In this document: positions 12,471 to 25,800 of the stretch, piece after piece
Numbering within the stretch: the first letter of the stretch is position 1
Layout of the letters: every line of letters begins with the position of its first letter
Assembly (NCBI RefSeq): GCF_004010195.1
Contig: NC_057757.1
Coordinates: forward strand, 7,623,198 to 7,687,197
DNA length: 64,000 bases
Origin: Chiloscyllium plagiosum
Lineage: Eukaryota
Direction of reading: 5' to 3'
Notes under the pieces: model-generated
The model's database searches: none
Seen by the model: only the letters and a program-made list of their open reading frames with translations
Told to the model about the DNA's origin: nothing
Position numbers and translations under genes: made by a program

Positions 12471-13429
12471 CCCCTGTTCCTTGGATGCTGCCTGACCTGC
12501 GCTTTTCCAGCAACACATTTTCAGCTCTGATCTCCAGCATCTGCGGTCCTCACTTTCTCCCCATTTCAGCCCATTGAGTCAGCTCTGCCATTCAGTCATG
12601 GCTGATCAGTTTTTCAACTCCATTCTCCCACTTTCTCCCCGTAACCCTTCATCCCCTTGATACTCAAGACCTATCTACCTCAGTGTTAAATATACTCAAT
12701 GACTTGACCTCCACAGCCTTCTGTGGCAGTGAATTCCATAGATTCACCACTCTTGGCTGAAGAAGTTTCTCCTTATCTCTGTTCTAAAATGTCTTCCCTT
12801 TTCTCTAAAGCTGTCTCCTCTGGTCCTAGTCTCTCCTACCAATAGAAACATCTTCGCAACATCCACTCTCCAGACCATTCAGTATTCTGGAAGTTTCATC
12901 CTTATAAAATCCACCAAGACAGACCCAGAGTCAAATGTTGTCAATTCCTGAAACCATTCTCAGAGTATTTTCTGAACATGGCCATTACATCCTTTCTGAG
13001 GTATGGGGCCTAAACTGTGCACAATACTCCAAATGTGACCTGACCAGAGCCTTATCGAGCCTCCCTCGGAAGTTCATCCCTGATTTTTATATTCAAGTCC
13101 TCTCAAAATAAATGCCATCACTGCATTTGCCTTCCTGGCTACTGACCCAACCTGCAAGTTTACCTTGAGAAAGTCCTGGATTAGAACTCCCAAGTGTCTT
13201 TGCACTTCAGACTTCTGAATTTTCTCCCCATTTAGAAAATAGTCCATGCCACTATTCTTTGTTGCCTTCTTTCCAATGAGAACAGACCCAAGTCTCTCAG
13301 CCTTTCCTCATAAGACCTTCCCTCCAGACCAGGCAACATCCTGGTAAATCTCCTCTGCACCTTTTCCAATGCTTCCACATCCTTCCTGTAATGGGGTGAC
13401 CAGAACTGTACACAATATTCCAAGTGTGC

Positions 13430-14735
13430 CTGCACCTCCCTTCCCTTCCTTGACACCTCTATTTCCATTTCTAGGGGTAGACTGGCCACCAACATCCATT
13501 ACAATCCAAACAATTCCCACAGTTACTTTGACTTTACATCCTCATACTCTGCTTCCATTCTCCATTCCATTTTTCCAGTTCCTCCGGCTCTGTCGCATCT
13601 GTTCTGATGATGCCGACTTTGACAAGGATGCCTTCAAAATTCCACTTTTTTCAACTGAGTATTCCCCAACACTATAGTTGAAAAAGCCCTCAGCCAGGTC
13701 TACCCCATCTTCCACACTTTGGTCCTCACCTCCTCTCTTCCCTCCCATAACAGCAATAGGGTTCCCCTTGCCCTTACTTACCATCCCACCTGCATCACAT
13801 CCAGAGACCATTAGCCACCATTTCCACAACCTCCAGCAGGATGCCACCACCAGCCACATGTTCCCCTCCCTTCCCTTCTCAGGCTTTCACAGGGATCGGT
13901 CTCTCCAGGACACCCTAGTCCACACCTCCTTAACTCCCAACACCCTCCACAGCCTCATGGCACCTTCCTCTGAAACCACATGTATAACACCTGTCTGTTT
14001 GCTTCCTCCCTCCTCAGTATCCAAAGGTCCAAACACACCTTCCGGATGAAGCAGCGCTTTACCTGCATTTCACTTAATCTAGTTTATTGCACTTGGTGCT
14101 CTCATTATAGTCTCCTCTACATTGGAGAATTGAAGTGCAGACTGAGTGACTGCTTCATAGATTATCTACGTTCTGTCTGCAAAAAAGCTTCTTAGCTTCC
14201 AGCTGCATGCCACTTCAACACACCACATTATTCCCTGGCCAACATCTCTGTCTCAGGCTTCCTGCAGTGCTCCAGCAAAGCTCAGTGCAAGCTGGAAGAA
14301 TAGCAAGTCATTTTCCATTTGATAACTCTACAGCTTTCCGGACTCAACATCAAGTTCAACAATTATGGGGCTTGAGCTGTCCAATGTCATTACCCCAATG
14401 CCCACACACCAGGCCTTGCTATCACTTGGTCTGATATGACATACAAGCTATTGTTAGCCACTAATGGTTTCCATTAATAGCCATTCCCCCTCCTAGCCTG
14501 ATCATTATCCAGTCCTTTATCTGTTCAACTGTTCTTCTCTCACTCTTTGGGCTCTATCTCCATCTATCGTTACCCCCTCCCCCACCCTATCTCCTGCATA
14601 AAAATCATTATTTTCCTTGCTTTCATCCATTCTGAGGAAAGGTCACTGGACGCAAAATGTTTGTTCTGGATTTCTCTCCATAGATGCTGCCAGATCTGCT
14701 GAGCTTGCAGCAATTTCTGTTTTTGATTCTTTATC
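13430..14735 (+). mobile_element. Older Penelope-like element (RT end, GIY-YIG, terminal repeat)
   Basis: IPFFQFLRLCRICSDD; FTCISLNLVYCTWC..LLYIGE. Confidence 0.85.
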
Positions 14736-14736
14736 G

Positions 14737-14924
14737 TACAGATAGTTCTTCTATAACACGGTTGCATTCTTATGCAACCCCGTGTTACAGAAAAATCGCT
14801 TAATGTGGTGGCAGTCATGTTATAGTGAACACATGCTTTAAAAGTTCACACTTTGGAAATAGTGTCCCCAATTTGTATATCGTGTTATACTGACAAAAGA
14901 CGCATTGTAGCATAGTGCCCTGCA
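14737..14924. mobile_element. Putative Tc1/Tigger-like MITE
   Basis: tacag..ctataacacg versus cgcattgtagc..ctgca degenerate TIRs; internal palindrome. Confidence 0.5.
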
Positions 14925-15344
14925 CTCAACTAGACAGAATTTTCTGATTTATTACATCTGTAGTTTGACTTAGCTATTGCTCTTAATTCTGGGTCTTGAG
15001 GTTAGTTTCTGCAATAATCATCTAGCGACAATACCACCTCCCCCATTGCCTCCCCCATCGTGAATAGAGAACCCAAAGCCCAGGAGACCCCCACCCCGAT
15101 GGGGGCCCGATGTCCAGGCAGGTGTGCGAATAGGGGTGTCAAATCCTCTGATGTATACACACAATTGAATTTAGACTTCCATCATTAGTTCAAATAACGT
15201 CATATATCAGTGATGTCACAGCCAGCTTGCATTTGTGTAGCTTGCATTAATGTAAGATGTTCCTGACGCTCTATATTAGAAAATTTGGCCGAAGAGAATT
15301 AGTTTTAAGGAGTATCTTAAAAGTGGTTAATAAGTTTTGAAAGT

Positions 15345-16050
15345 AGAGTCACCGGTAGATAAGGTAGTGAAGAAGATATTTGGCATGCTTTCCTTTCTTG
15401 GTCAGAGCATTGAGTACAGGAGTTGGGAGGTCACGCTGCGGTTGCACAGGACATTAGTTTGACCACTTTTGGAATATAGTGTGCAATTCTGATCTTCCTA
15501 TCGGAAGGAAATATAGTGTCAATTCTGATCTCTCTCTCTTCCCCCCCCCCCCCCCCATCGGAATAATGCTGTGAAACTTGGAAAGGGTTCAGGAAAGATT
15601 TACAAGACGTTGCCAGGATTTGAGCTATGGGGAGAGTCTGAATAGACTGGGGCTGTTTTCCATGGAGCTTCAGAGGCTGTGGGGTGACCTTATAAAGATC
15701 TGTAAAATCATGAGGGGCATGGATAGGATAAATGGGCAATGTCTTATCCCTGTTTGAGGCAATGCAGAACTAGAGTGCATAGGTTTAGTGCGAGAAGGAA
15801 AATATTTAAAAGGAAGCTAAGGGGGGATTTCACCAGGTAGAGGGTGGTGCGTGTATGGAATGAGCTGCCAGAGAAGGTGGTTGAGGCTGGTACAATTACA
15901 ACGTTTAAAATGCATCTGGGTGATTATATGAATAAGAAGGGTTTAGAGGAATACGTGTCAAGTACAGGGAAATGGCACGAGATTCGGTTAGGATATCTGG
16001 TCAGCATGGACGAGTTGGACCGAAGGATCTGTTTTCATGCTGTATGACTC
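15345..16050 (+). mobile_element. CR1 3' fragment just upstream of the ATG exon
   Basis: VRVWNELPEKVVEAGTITTFK; tail tgtatgactcta. Confidence 0.85.
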
Positions 16051-16264
16051 TAAGAAGACAGAGCCAATGAGAGAATTCAAGAGTGTGAGACCTAGCCAGC
16101 TGTAAATATAGCCAGCAATGTTGAGGTGAAGCAGATCTTGCTAACAGCAAAGATATTGCGCTTGGACTCTGGATTTGATTTTTAATGGACAATGACAATA
16201 ATGTTTGTTCTTTGTGGACCTGATTTATTTTTCTGTGTTCTATATTTTATTTTTGTTTTAAGCA

Positions 16265-16874
16265 ATGTCTTCCTACACCTGCATCACGTGTCATGTGGCT
16301 TTTGGTGATGCTGAGATTCAGAGGTCACACTACAAAACAGATTGGCACAGATATAACCTGAAGCGTAAAGTCGCAGAAATGCCTCCAGTGACAGCTGAAA
16401 ACTTCCAAGAACGTGTATTGGCCCTGAGATCAGCTGTAGAAGAGAAGAAAAAGGGGACTGCCACAGACTGCACATCTTGTGGTAAAAGATTCGCCACCTT
16501 CAATGCCTATGAAAATCATTTAAAATCCAAGAAACACCAGGATGCAGAAAAGAAGTTCGCGAGCATTGCAAATAAACAGCTGGAAAGGCTGAATGTGAAA
16601 AATTTGGAGATGGGGATAAGCGAGGATGGAATGGACAAAGATACCGTGAATATAGCCATTCAGCAGGCGGTAAAAGCTCAGCTGGCTCCCTCCACGAGGA
16701 AAAGGACTGTTGTCCCAGTAACTGAAGACGCTTTGTCACAAGTCACAGTTAGCAGCGAACAAAACAAGAAGCCTGACAAACCACCTCGGTTACTCTGGTT
16801 CGAACAGCAAGCTGCAAAATTGGACCAGCTCGAGTCATTTGAGGAGGAAGTGACGATGGAGGATGAAGATGATG
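16265..16874 (+). CDS. ZNF622: ZNF622 coding exon 1 (exon begins at 16263 after tttaag; ZnF1 and ZnF2)
   Basis: Polypyrimidine tract plus AG at 16261-16262, ATG at 16265, CITC..H and CTSC..HLKSKKH fingers, donor G|gtaaat (phase 1). Confidence 0.96.
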
Positions 16875-19800
16875 GTAAATAATGACAAATCAGCATCTTG
16901 TTTCTGGTTTCAGTTTTATAAGAGTTGCGACTTTATTTCCTGTAACAAAGATGTTCTCAGTAATAAATCAATTCGCTTCTGGGTATGTTAATTTTGATTT
17001 AATTGATTTATTGTCACGTGAAAAGCTTTGTTTGAGTAGATCATAGTAAGCAAGGATGTACAGATCAGAAAGGTTTAGACAGAGGTTTGCCGGTTGCATT
17101 GCACATGGTGAGCACTAGGCAAGAGCGACATTAGCAAGGCTAGCATTATTTGAAGTTAGAGACTTCATTCATCAGTCTAATGACGTCCAGGAAGAAGCTG
17201 TTCCTGAACCTGCTGGTGCGTGTGTTCAGGCTTCTGACTGATGGAAGAGGTTGCAGGAGGTTTGCACTGTACTCTTGGGCATAACAATTGATCTGCATTT
17301 GTTTAACAGAGAAAAGGTTGCCAGCTCTGAATATATTCACACTTACACATTTGTACTGAGATTTATATCAAATAAAATACTGTTTTATATATATTGAGTA
17401 TAAAAATGCCTTTGGTTTCAACTTTGAAATTTTTCTGCTAGGTGAATGGGAGGATGTGGATTCTGTCTGTGATGAGGAGGAACATTTTAAAAATGAGAGC
17501 CGAGCTGATAAGCTGACTGAAGACTCTCCACCTGGCAGTATTCAAATAACAGACTGCTTATTTTGTTCACATCACTCTCGATCTCTATTTAAAAATATTG
17601 ATCATATGACAAAGATGCACGGTTTTTTTATTCCTGACATTGAATATTTAGTGGATCTAAAGGGTTTGATGAAGTACCTGGGTAAGTAAGAATGAAATAT
17701 ACATTTTAACAATCTTCTTAATGGCAAATTAATCTACCTAATTTTTAATAAGGCATAAAGAGGAAACTTAAATAGGGTCATTTTGGGAAATTGTCAGATC
17801 TAAGTGTGATCATTAAAACAGGTTGTGTTAACTGAAAGGGTGGTTGTCATGCTGCGTTGAATCTTATACAGAGATCCAGACCTAGTGGAACAGGGGTCTT
17901 TTGATCTTTTTACCTCTAACAGTGTAACTAACATTCCTTTCCCAACTGTGTTGCTATGGAGAACTGCCAAGCAGAGCGAACATAAAAGAACACTCAACAA
18001 ACTCATGGACACAGTGTTGACATTTTTTACAAGTGCAGTATTAATATTTGACAGAGAATTGAGTGTGAAGAATGTGGTGCTGGAAAAGCACAGCAGGTCA
18101 GGAAAGTTCTCCTGCTCCTCGGATGCTGCCTGACCTGCTGTACTTTTTCCAGCACCACACTCTCGTCTCTGATCTCCAGCATCTGCAGTCCTTGCTTTCT
18201 TCTGTATAAAATTGAGAATTTGGTGAAAATTAATCTGGTTGAGTCTGATTGCGAGGGATCTTGAGTGAGCAATGGGACTGTTCATTAATCTGATGGTTTC
18301 ACTTTTATGTCACTGAGATGAGTGAAGACTCAGAAATTGAAATCGACTATCAGTTGCTCATGATAGGTCATGTTTCTCTGACTATCTATCATTTTACTGA
18401 GTTTTGAGAAGATTTGTAGCTCAGGTTGAGGTCTGGATGTAGGTTTGCTCGCTGAGCTGGAAGGTTCGTTTTCAGATGTTTGGCCACCCTACTGGATAAC
18501 TTCTTCAGTGACCCTCTGGATGAAGCACTGGTGGTGTAGCCCGCTTTCTATTTGTGTTTGGGTTTCCTTGGTTTGGTAATGTCATTTCCTATGGTGGTGG
18601 TCATTTCCTGTTCTTTTTCTCAGGCGGTGGTAAATGGGGTCCAAGTCAATGTGTTTGTTGATAGAGTTCCAGTTGGAATGCCATGCTTCTAGGAATTCTC
18701 ATGTGTGTTTCTGTTTGGCTTGTCCGAGAATAGATGTGTTGTCCAAGTCGAAGTGGTGTCTTTCCGCATCCATATGTAAGGATACTAGTGAGAGCGGGTC
18801 ATGTCTTTTTGTGCCCACTTGATGTTCATGTATCCAGGTGGCTGGTTTTCTGCAGGTTTGTCCATTACAGTGTTTGTTGCAGTTCTTGCAAGGTATTTTG
18901 TAAATGACACTAACTTTCCTTGTCTGTGTAGGATCTTTCAAGTTCATTAGCTGCTGTTTTAGAGTGTTGGTGGGTTTGTGGGCTACCATGATGCCCAAGT
19001 GGTCTGAGTAGTCTGACAGTCATTTCTGAGATGTCTTTGATGTAGGGGAGAGTGGCTCGAGTTTCTGGATATGTTTTGTCTGCTTGTTTGGGCTTGTTGC
19101 TGAGAAATCGATGGTCTGTGCTCATTTTGTGCCCATTCTTTTTGAATACACTGTACAAGTGATTTTCCTCTGCTCTTTGTTGTTCCACTGTGCTGCAGTG
19201 TGTGGCGGCTCATTGAAATACGGCTCATGTTCACATCCATCAACATCAACCTGGCCAAAGAAACACTGATTACACCAATAGAAGAATCAAAGACACATAT
19301 ACCAAACACCACCAACTTCATCAGCAAGGATAATATCGTCAAGCTAGTGGACCTATGCTCTACCAACTTCAACAACAAAACCTACAGACAAGCCAACGGA
19401 ACATCCATGGGATCTCCAATATCACGGTTCTTAGCAGAGGCAGTAATACAGATACTCGAACCAACAGTTCTGCCAACCATCCAACCCAAACTTTGGGTCC
19501 ACTAAGTGGATGACACCTTTGTCATCACTAAACGAAACAAATTGGAGGAAACCTTCAAGACTATCAATAATACTCTTTCTGGCATAAAGTTCACTAAAGA
19601 GGAGGAAAACAACAATAAACTGCCATTCCTAGATGTCGCAGTAGAACGAACAGCCAGTGGGAAACTTCTAACCAGTCTGTACAGGAAAACAATACAGACG
19701 GGCCAAATATTGAACTACAGAAGCAGTCTTCCTAACATCCACAAATGAAGCTGCATCAGAACATTATTTCAACGAGCCGGCACACACTGCAGCTCAGAGG

Positions 19801-22800
19801 AACTATGTAGAGCAGATGAAAATCACCTGAACAGTGTATTCAAAAAGAACAGGTATCCAATGAACACAGTCTGCTGACTTCTTGGCAGCAAACTCAAACG
19901 AGCAGACCAAACACGTCCAGAAGGTCTAGCTACTCTTCCCTATATCAAAGACATCTCGGAAATGACTACCAGACTACTCAGACCACCTGGCTTCATGGTA
20001 GCCCGCAAATCCACCAACACACTAAAACCGCAGCGAATGAACTTGAAAGATTCAATACAGACAACAAGTAAAACTAGTATCATCTACAAACCATCTTGGA
20101 AGAACAGTGACAAACAGGCAGAAAACTAGCCACCAGGATACATGAAAATCAACTAGCCACAAAATGACATGACCCTCTCTCACTAGCATCCTTACATACG
20201 GATGCGGAAGGACAACGCGTCCATCCTCTGACAAGCCAAACAGACACGCACGAGAATTCCTTGAAGCAAGGTATTCCAACCATAACCATTTCAACATATG
20301 CATTGACTTGGACCCCATTTATCACCTTCTGATAAAAAGAACAGGAAATGCCATCACCAAGCTAAGGAAACACAAATAGAAAGCGGGCTACACCACCAGT
20401 GCTTTATCCGGAGGCTCACTGACCAGGTTACTTAGTATGAATATAGGACATAGAAAAATACAGCGCAGTACAGGCTCTTTGGCCCTCGATGTTGCGCCGA
20501 TCCAAGCCCACCTAACCTACACTAGCCCACTATCCTCCATATGCCTATCCAATGTCCGTCTAAATGCCCATAAAGAGGGAGAGTCCACCACTGCTACTAG
20601 CAGGGCATTCCATGAACTCACGACTCGTTGAGTAAAGAATCTACCCCTAACATCTGTCCTATACCTACCACCCCTTAATTTAAAGCTATGCCCCCTCGTA
20701 ATAGCTGACTCCATACGTGGAAAAAGGTTCTCACGGTCAACCCTATCTAAACCCCTAATCATCTCCAGGAACCCCAGGAGAAAGTGAGGACAGCAGATAC
20801 GGCAGAGTCAGAGTTGAAAAGTGTGGGGTGCTTCACACAGCAGGTCAGGCAGCATCCAAGGAGCAGGAAAGTCGACATTTCAGGCATAAGCATTCCTGCT
20901 CCGTGGATGCTGCTTGACCTGCTGCATTTTTCCAGCGCCACACGCTTTGACTCTGGGTACCCCATCTTTTTGTTACTCTTACCAAAGTGAATCACCTCAC
21001 ACTTACCTACATTGAACTCCATTTGCCACCTTTCTGCCCAGCTCTGCAGCTTATCTATATTCCGCTGTAACCTGACACATCCTTCCTCACTGTCAACAAC
21101 TCCTCTGACTTTCGTATCATCCGCAAACTTGCTCACCCAACCTTCTAGCCCCTCCTCCAGGTCATTTATGGTGATGAAACGTCTGGAAACGAACCTTCCA
21201 GCTCAGCGAGCAAACCTACATCCATCATTTTTAATGCGTAGTAAATTGACTGTCAAAGGACAGTGTGCATTTCTGAGTTGTAACTAATTTAAGCAATCGT
21301 AGAGCTAGTATTTTTAACTGTTTGGGTTCAGAACTTCAATTTGAGATGCTAAAAGGTTTTGGATGCGGTTCATTTAGCGTTATATAAGTATCTGCTTGTG
21401 ATGTTTGCAATTTTATTTTTGCAGGAGAAAAGGTTGGTTTGGGAAACGTTTGCCTGTGGTGCAATGAGAAAGGGCGGTCCTTTTACTCGACTGAAGCTGT
21501 CCAAGCTCATATGGTTGACAGCAGCCATTGTAAGCTCTTCACAGATGGAGATGCTGCTCTTGAATTTGCAGACTTCTATGACTTTAGGTAACAAATTGTG
21601 TTTTTCATTATTTGCATGTCTTTTGAAGGGAAATGATCCTACTTTTGGTGGAAACTTGGGCACTATTTTGAAAGTGTTTAACATTTGACACTTTAACCTA
21701 ATGTTGGTCAAATTGCCTTTGACCTCATCATCCACATTTTTCAATGCTTCCCTCAAAGCCACTACTTTTAGCATTTGTTTATGGCTTAAAACTAGTTTGC
21801 TTAGATATGCATTCCCAAACACACACTGTCTAGCCCAGTGCTTTCCAAACTTTTACCATTTTGACCACATAGCAAGACATGAAAATTGTTGTGACTTCTA
21901 GGTATTGTAAGAGATGCTGGGAAGCTCGGGCCTGTTAGTGAGAGCACAGCTGTTACAACTTGAGTGGATCTCCATGATGGCCACTGCTACTCAAAACTTG
22001 GGACATCAGAATTTCAGTTTTTAGCATTTAGGATCATGGCCCCCATTTTGGGAAGCTCTGTACTGGCCTTAGGATAGGCATGCTTTCTCATCTGATTTGA
22101 TCTCATCCCCAGCTAATCGTAGACTATCGTCCATTGTTTCCTCACTATTGCCCCATCAGTGGCCTTCTGAACAAGGGGAACAAACTTAGAGGATATCTAT
22201 TATTACTTTGACCACTTAAGTCTGTAAAAGTCACCCTTGACTATTCAGTAAGCACTTGTAAGTTATACAAACCCTGGGTTTCTTTTTGGTAACATCAAAC
22301 AATCCTTTACAAACTCTGATCTTGCTTTGTCAAACAAAGTGTTGGGATCTTGAGAATTGCTTCTTCAGTGGGCAGCACGGTGGCACAGTGGTTAGCACTG
22401 CTGCCTCACAGCGCCAGAGACCCGAGTTCAATTCCCGCCTCAGGCGACTGACTGTGTGGAGTTTGCACATTCTCCCCGTGTCTGCGTGGGTTTCCTCTGG
22501 GTGCTCCGGTTTCCTCCCACAGTCCAAAGATGTGCAGGTCAGGTGAATTGGCTAAATTTAATCTAATCTAATCTAGTGCTATTTGTTGAGCTGCTTTGGC
22601 AGCTTCCTCGCTTCTTGTTGCTGCTTTTAATTTGTTTCTCCATCTCTTTAATTCTCAACGTGCTAATGCATGGACTGTGAATCTTGTTGCTGATCACCTT
22701 AGCTTTCTGAAGTTTGGTATACACCCGTCAACTTATGCTGTGACTCCTTGTTCTCCTGAACAGTTCAAACTTTCATTTGCAAGGGGACTGGAATTAAAGA

Positions 22801-25800
22801 ATTAAGCAAGTATTGTTACAAATTTACAGGTCTTTGATGATGAAACTGCATCTGGAATACTGCTCAATTTGAGCTTTTGTACTACTTACGAAGTTGGACA
22901 GAATACTTGTGGATTGGGAGGCAGGAAGTTAGAATTTGGTATTTGTCAAATGCTGGGGGAGGGGTGGGGAAGCATTGTATGGTCCCTTTAAAAGATCACA
23001 TGCTTTCTCTAGGCTTTGAGATTTAAAATGGATGCCTGTGAGCAGCAGCTTGAAAGTTTGCAAGTATACAGCACCTGAATTGAAACGTTAGTATCGAAAG
23101 CTGGACAGTTAGCAGGCCAATCAGCTGTTTTGTTTATCAAAACAACAGGCTTTTGAATTTGGCCAATCAATTTGAACCAGGAACTTAGACACCCAAAAAA
23201 CCTATTAAACTTCAGTCTGATGGTTTTGGCAACATTGGACCAATGCGATTGTAGAAATATTAATGTCATCAAGGGTATAAAAGAAGGGGCCAGTTGGACA
23301 AAAAGAGCCTAGAGCTACCTGCCATCTGCCAGAGTTAATGACACTCAGCTCTCCAGGGAGAATCACTGCTCTCTCCACCTCCTCTATGTCTTAGAGAAAA
23401 CACTATCTGAATAAAAATGGTACCAACAGTGCAAATACTGTACATTCCTAACAGAAAAGTCGACGGAGAAGGCACTTCTGACCGGAACACAAGCAGCTTT
23501 GATAATTTTGGAAAGTAGTGCAGGATTGATTGGTCATGTATGGTCTGTTCATGTTCCTGTTTCTTATGTTCATAAGCCCATCAGTATTCTTTCCAGTCCT
23601 TGTGGTTACTGATATTAAAGTGGCTACTTGCTCTTTGACACTATCTCTACTTCCTTCAACTGTCATCCCTTATGTCTTCGTAATGCCATTCCACTGCCAA
23701 CCTTTTTTTGCCCTCTGCGAATACCTTGAACGTGTTAATGTCTGACGAAGAAAAGAGAAAATGCAATTTGATTGGAGAATCCAGTGGTGTCTGGCTAGTG
23801 GTGACCTTGGTGCTAAGGTTTTTTTTCTCTTGCTTTGAATTTCTGTGCCTCCGATGTATTTTGTTTCCCAATTCTCAAGCAGCAAGCTTTGTTTTAATGC
23901 ACTTCACGATTTCTGTTAAAAAGTGTTACCCTCCGAACCACTAGTCCAAATCGTGTCAAAGTCGTCTAATAAAACATAATCAGTGAAAGCCTAAATCACA
24001 ATTTCCCATCTTGTCACCTGTCAAACAGACTTGCACACAACATAATCACTATAGAAATCAAATTAGGATAAATGTGCTTAAAAAGTGTTGGTAAATAGCA
24101 AGATGAATAAACCTCCCTGTAAATATCTGCTTTTTGGCCATATCTTTTGTGTTTTACAAACAAAGTAGAAAGATTAATAGTGAAATCAAATCGCATTCTG
24201 CAGGAGCATACCCCCGACCAGGGACAGACTCAGCGGGCAGGCAGGATTCAGCCACGTGGCAAACTTTTATTCGAGCAACAACCAGTTAATGCAGGGAGAG
24301 AGCCAAAGCATCTTCCCAAATCTGGCCTTGACATGAGAACACAATTTTTATCTTAATCTTTGGCTCAGATCAGAAGAGAGATCACTAACACTGATTTTTA
24401 CCTTGATTTACTGCATTTTATATAATAATGTGTTACAGTAATCACAGTGTGGTCACTGAGTCTTTCCCTCTTATTCCATGCACCAAAGTCTGTGAAACAC
24501 CGAATCAATGATGGGCTTTCCTATGAACAGCTCCAGGTTCCCATGATCTCATGGTGTTTAACAGACGCTGTAATCTCCAGGTCTTAGGATCTTTTTATTC
24601 ATCCAATGAACTCGCTTTCCAAAGTTACTGGTCATACTCCTTCAGGTCTGTCCCAGACTTGTTTATCTCTAAGGACAGCTTGAATCATTATTCATTTGTA
24701 GTCCATATGCTAGCTCTATCAAATTCTGTTGCTCCTTTTATGTATAATTGGGACAGTGAAAAATATATTAAAAATACAAAGAAAGTTGGTTTTAATTAAC
24801 TGCTATAAGATTTGTAATATTAATTCCTGTTATCAAGTTAGTTAAGTTATACAGCTACTTCTACTGTTAGGACTTAAATTGGTTGCAGCCTATTTATCAG
24901 ATTAATTTAGGGCATTACCAGGCATTTTTGTAAGAGATGGGAGAAAGTTGTTGTGGTTCTGTTCGCCGAGCTGGGAATTTGTATTGCAGACTTTTCGTCC
25001 CCTGTCTAGTGACGTCCTCAGTGCATGGGAGCCTCCTGTGAAGCGCTTCTGTGATGTTTCCTCCGGCATTTATAGTGGTTTGTCTCTGCTGCTTCCAGTT
25101 GTCAGTTCCAGCTGTCCACTGCAGTGGTCAGTATACTGGGTCCAGGTTGCTGTGTTTGTTGATAGAATCTGTGGATGAGTGCCATGCCTCTAGGAATTCC
25201 CTGGCTGTTCTCTGTTTGGCTTGTCATATAATAGTAGTGTTGTCCCAGTCGAACTCGTTGCTTGTCATGCACTATAAATGCCAGAAGAAACATCACAGAA
25301 GCGCTTCACAGGAGGCTCCCAAGCACTGAGGATGTCACCTAGACAGGGGACGAAACGTCTGCAACACAAATTCCCAGCTCGGCAAACAGAACCACAACAA
25401 TGAGCACCCGAGCTACAAATCTTCTCACAAACTTTGATAGGAGAAAATGTTCCCTGAGACTAATTAACTTTGTTTTTCCCCTAATGCTTCGATTATATTC
25501 AGGTTATGTGTATCTGCAATTATGTTGAAATCTGTGATTATCTGAAGAATCTTTAACTAGAACCTATTTCTTAATATTGTGAATAACTTCAAAGAAACAA
25601 CCAATTACTACAAAATAACTTCAGCTGTTGTTTTCAAAGCTGCTTAATGAGTTAGGTTGTCTGGTTAATGGGCTGAGATTTACACCCCTGTTCTAACTGG
25701 TGCTGCTTACTTAATGGGATGACATCCTTTCATTAATGAGGCTGGGATCAATAACTCCTCCGTCCCTCGGCAACCTCTCATCAAACTCTCTTAGACAGTT

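Larger units (their letters stand above)
11017..12562 (-). mobile_element. Penelope-like element (RT on minus strand) with inverted terminal repeat, nested in a CR1 3' end
   Basis: FLRYIDDCIG, LPFLDLSI, DIYFKPT; inverted ends; TSD ttcagcccattgag at 11003-11016 and 12565-12578. Confidence 0.9.
10973..13428 (-). mobile_element. CR1 3' fragments (host of the PLE, plus a second fragment)
   Basis: cataagacatagaa tail; HLEYCVQFWSPHYRKDVEALEKVQRRFTR. Confidence 0.8.
24947..25435. mobile_element. Fold-back PLE remnant with a hammerhead on each strand
   Basis: Inverted arms; TSD gat(g/a)ggagaaa at 24936-24946 and 25436-25446. Confidence 0.9.

Noticed and set aside
22370..22450. tRNA genes at A/B-box motifs (also 1206, 33870, 56764)
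   Set aside because: These are SINE heads continuing into SINE bodies, with no complete cloverleaf.
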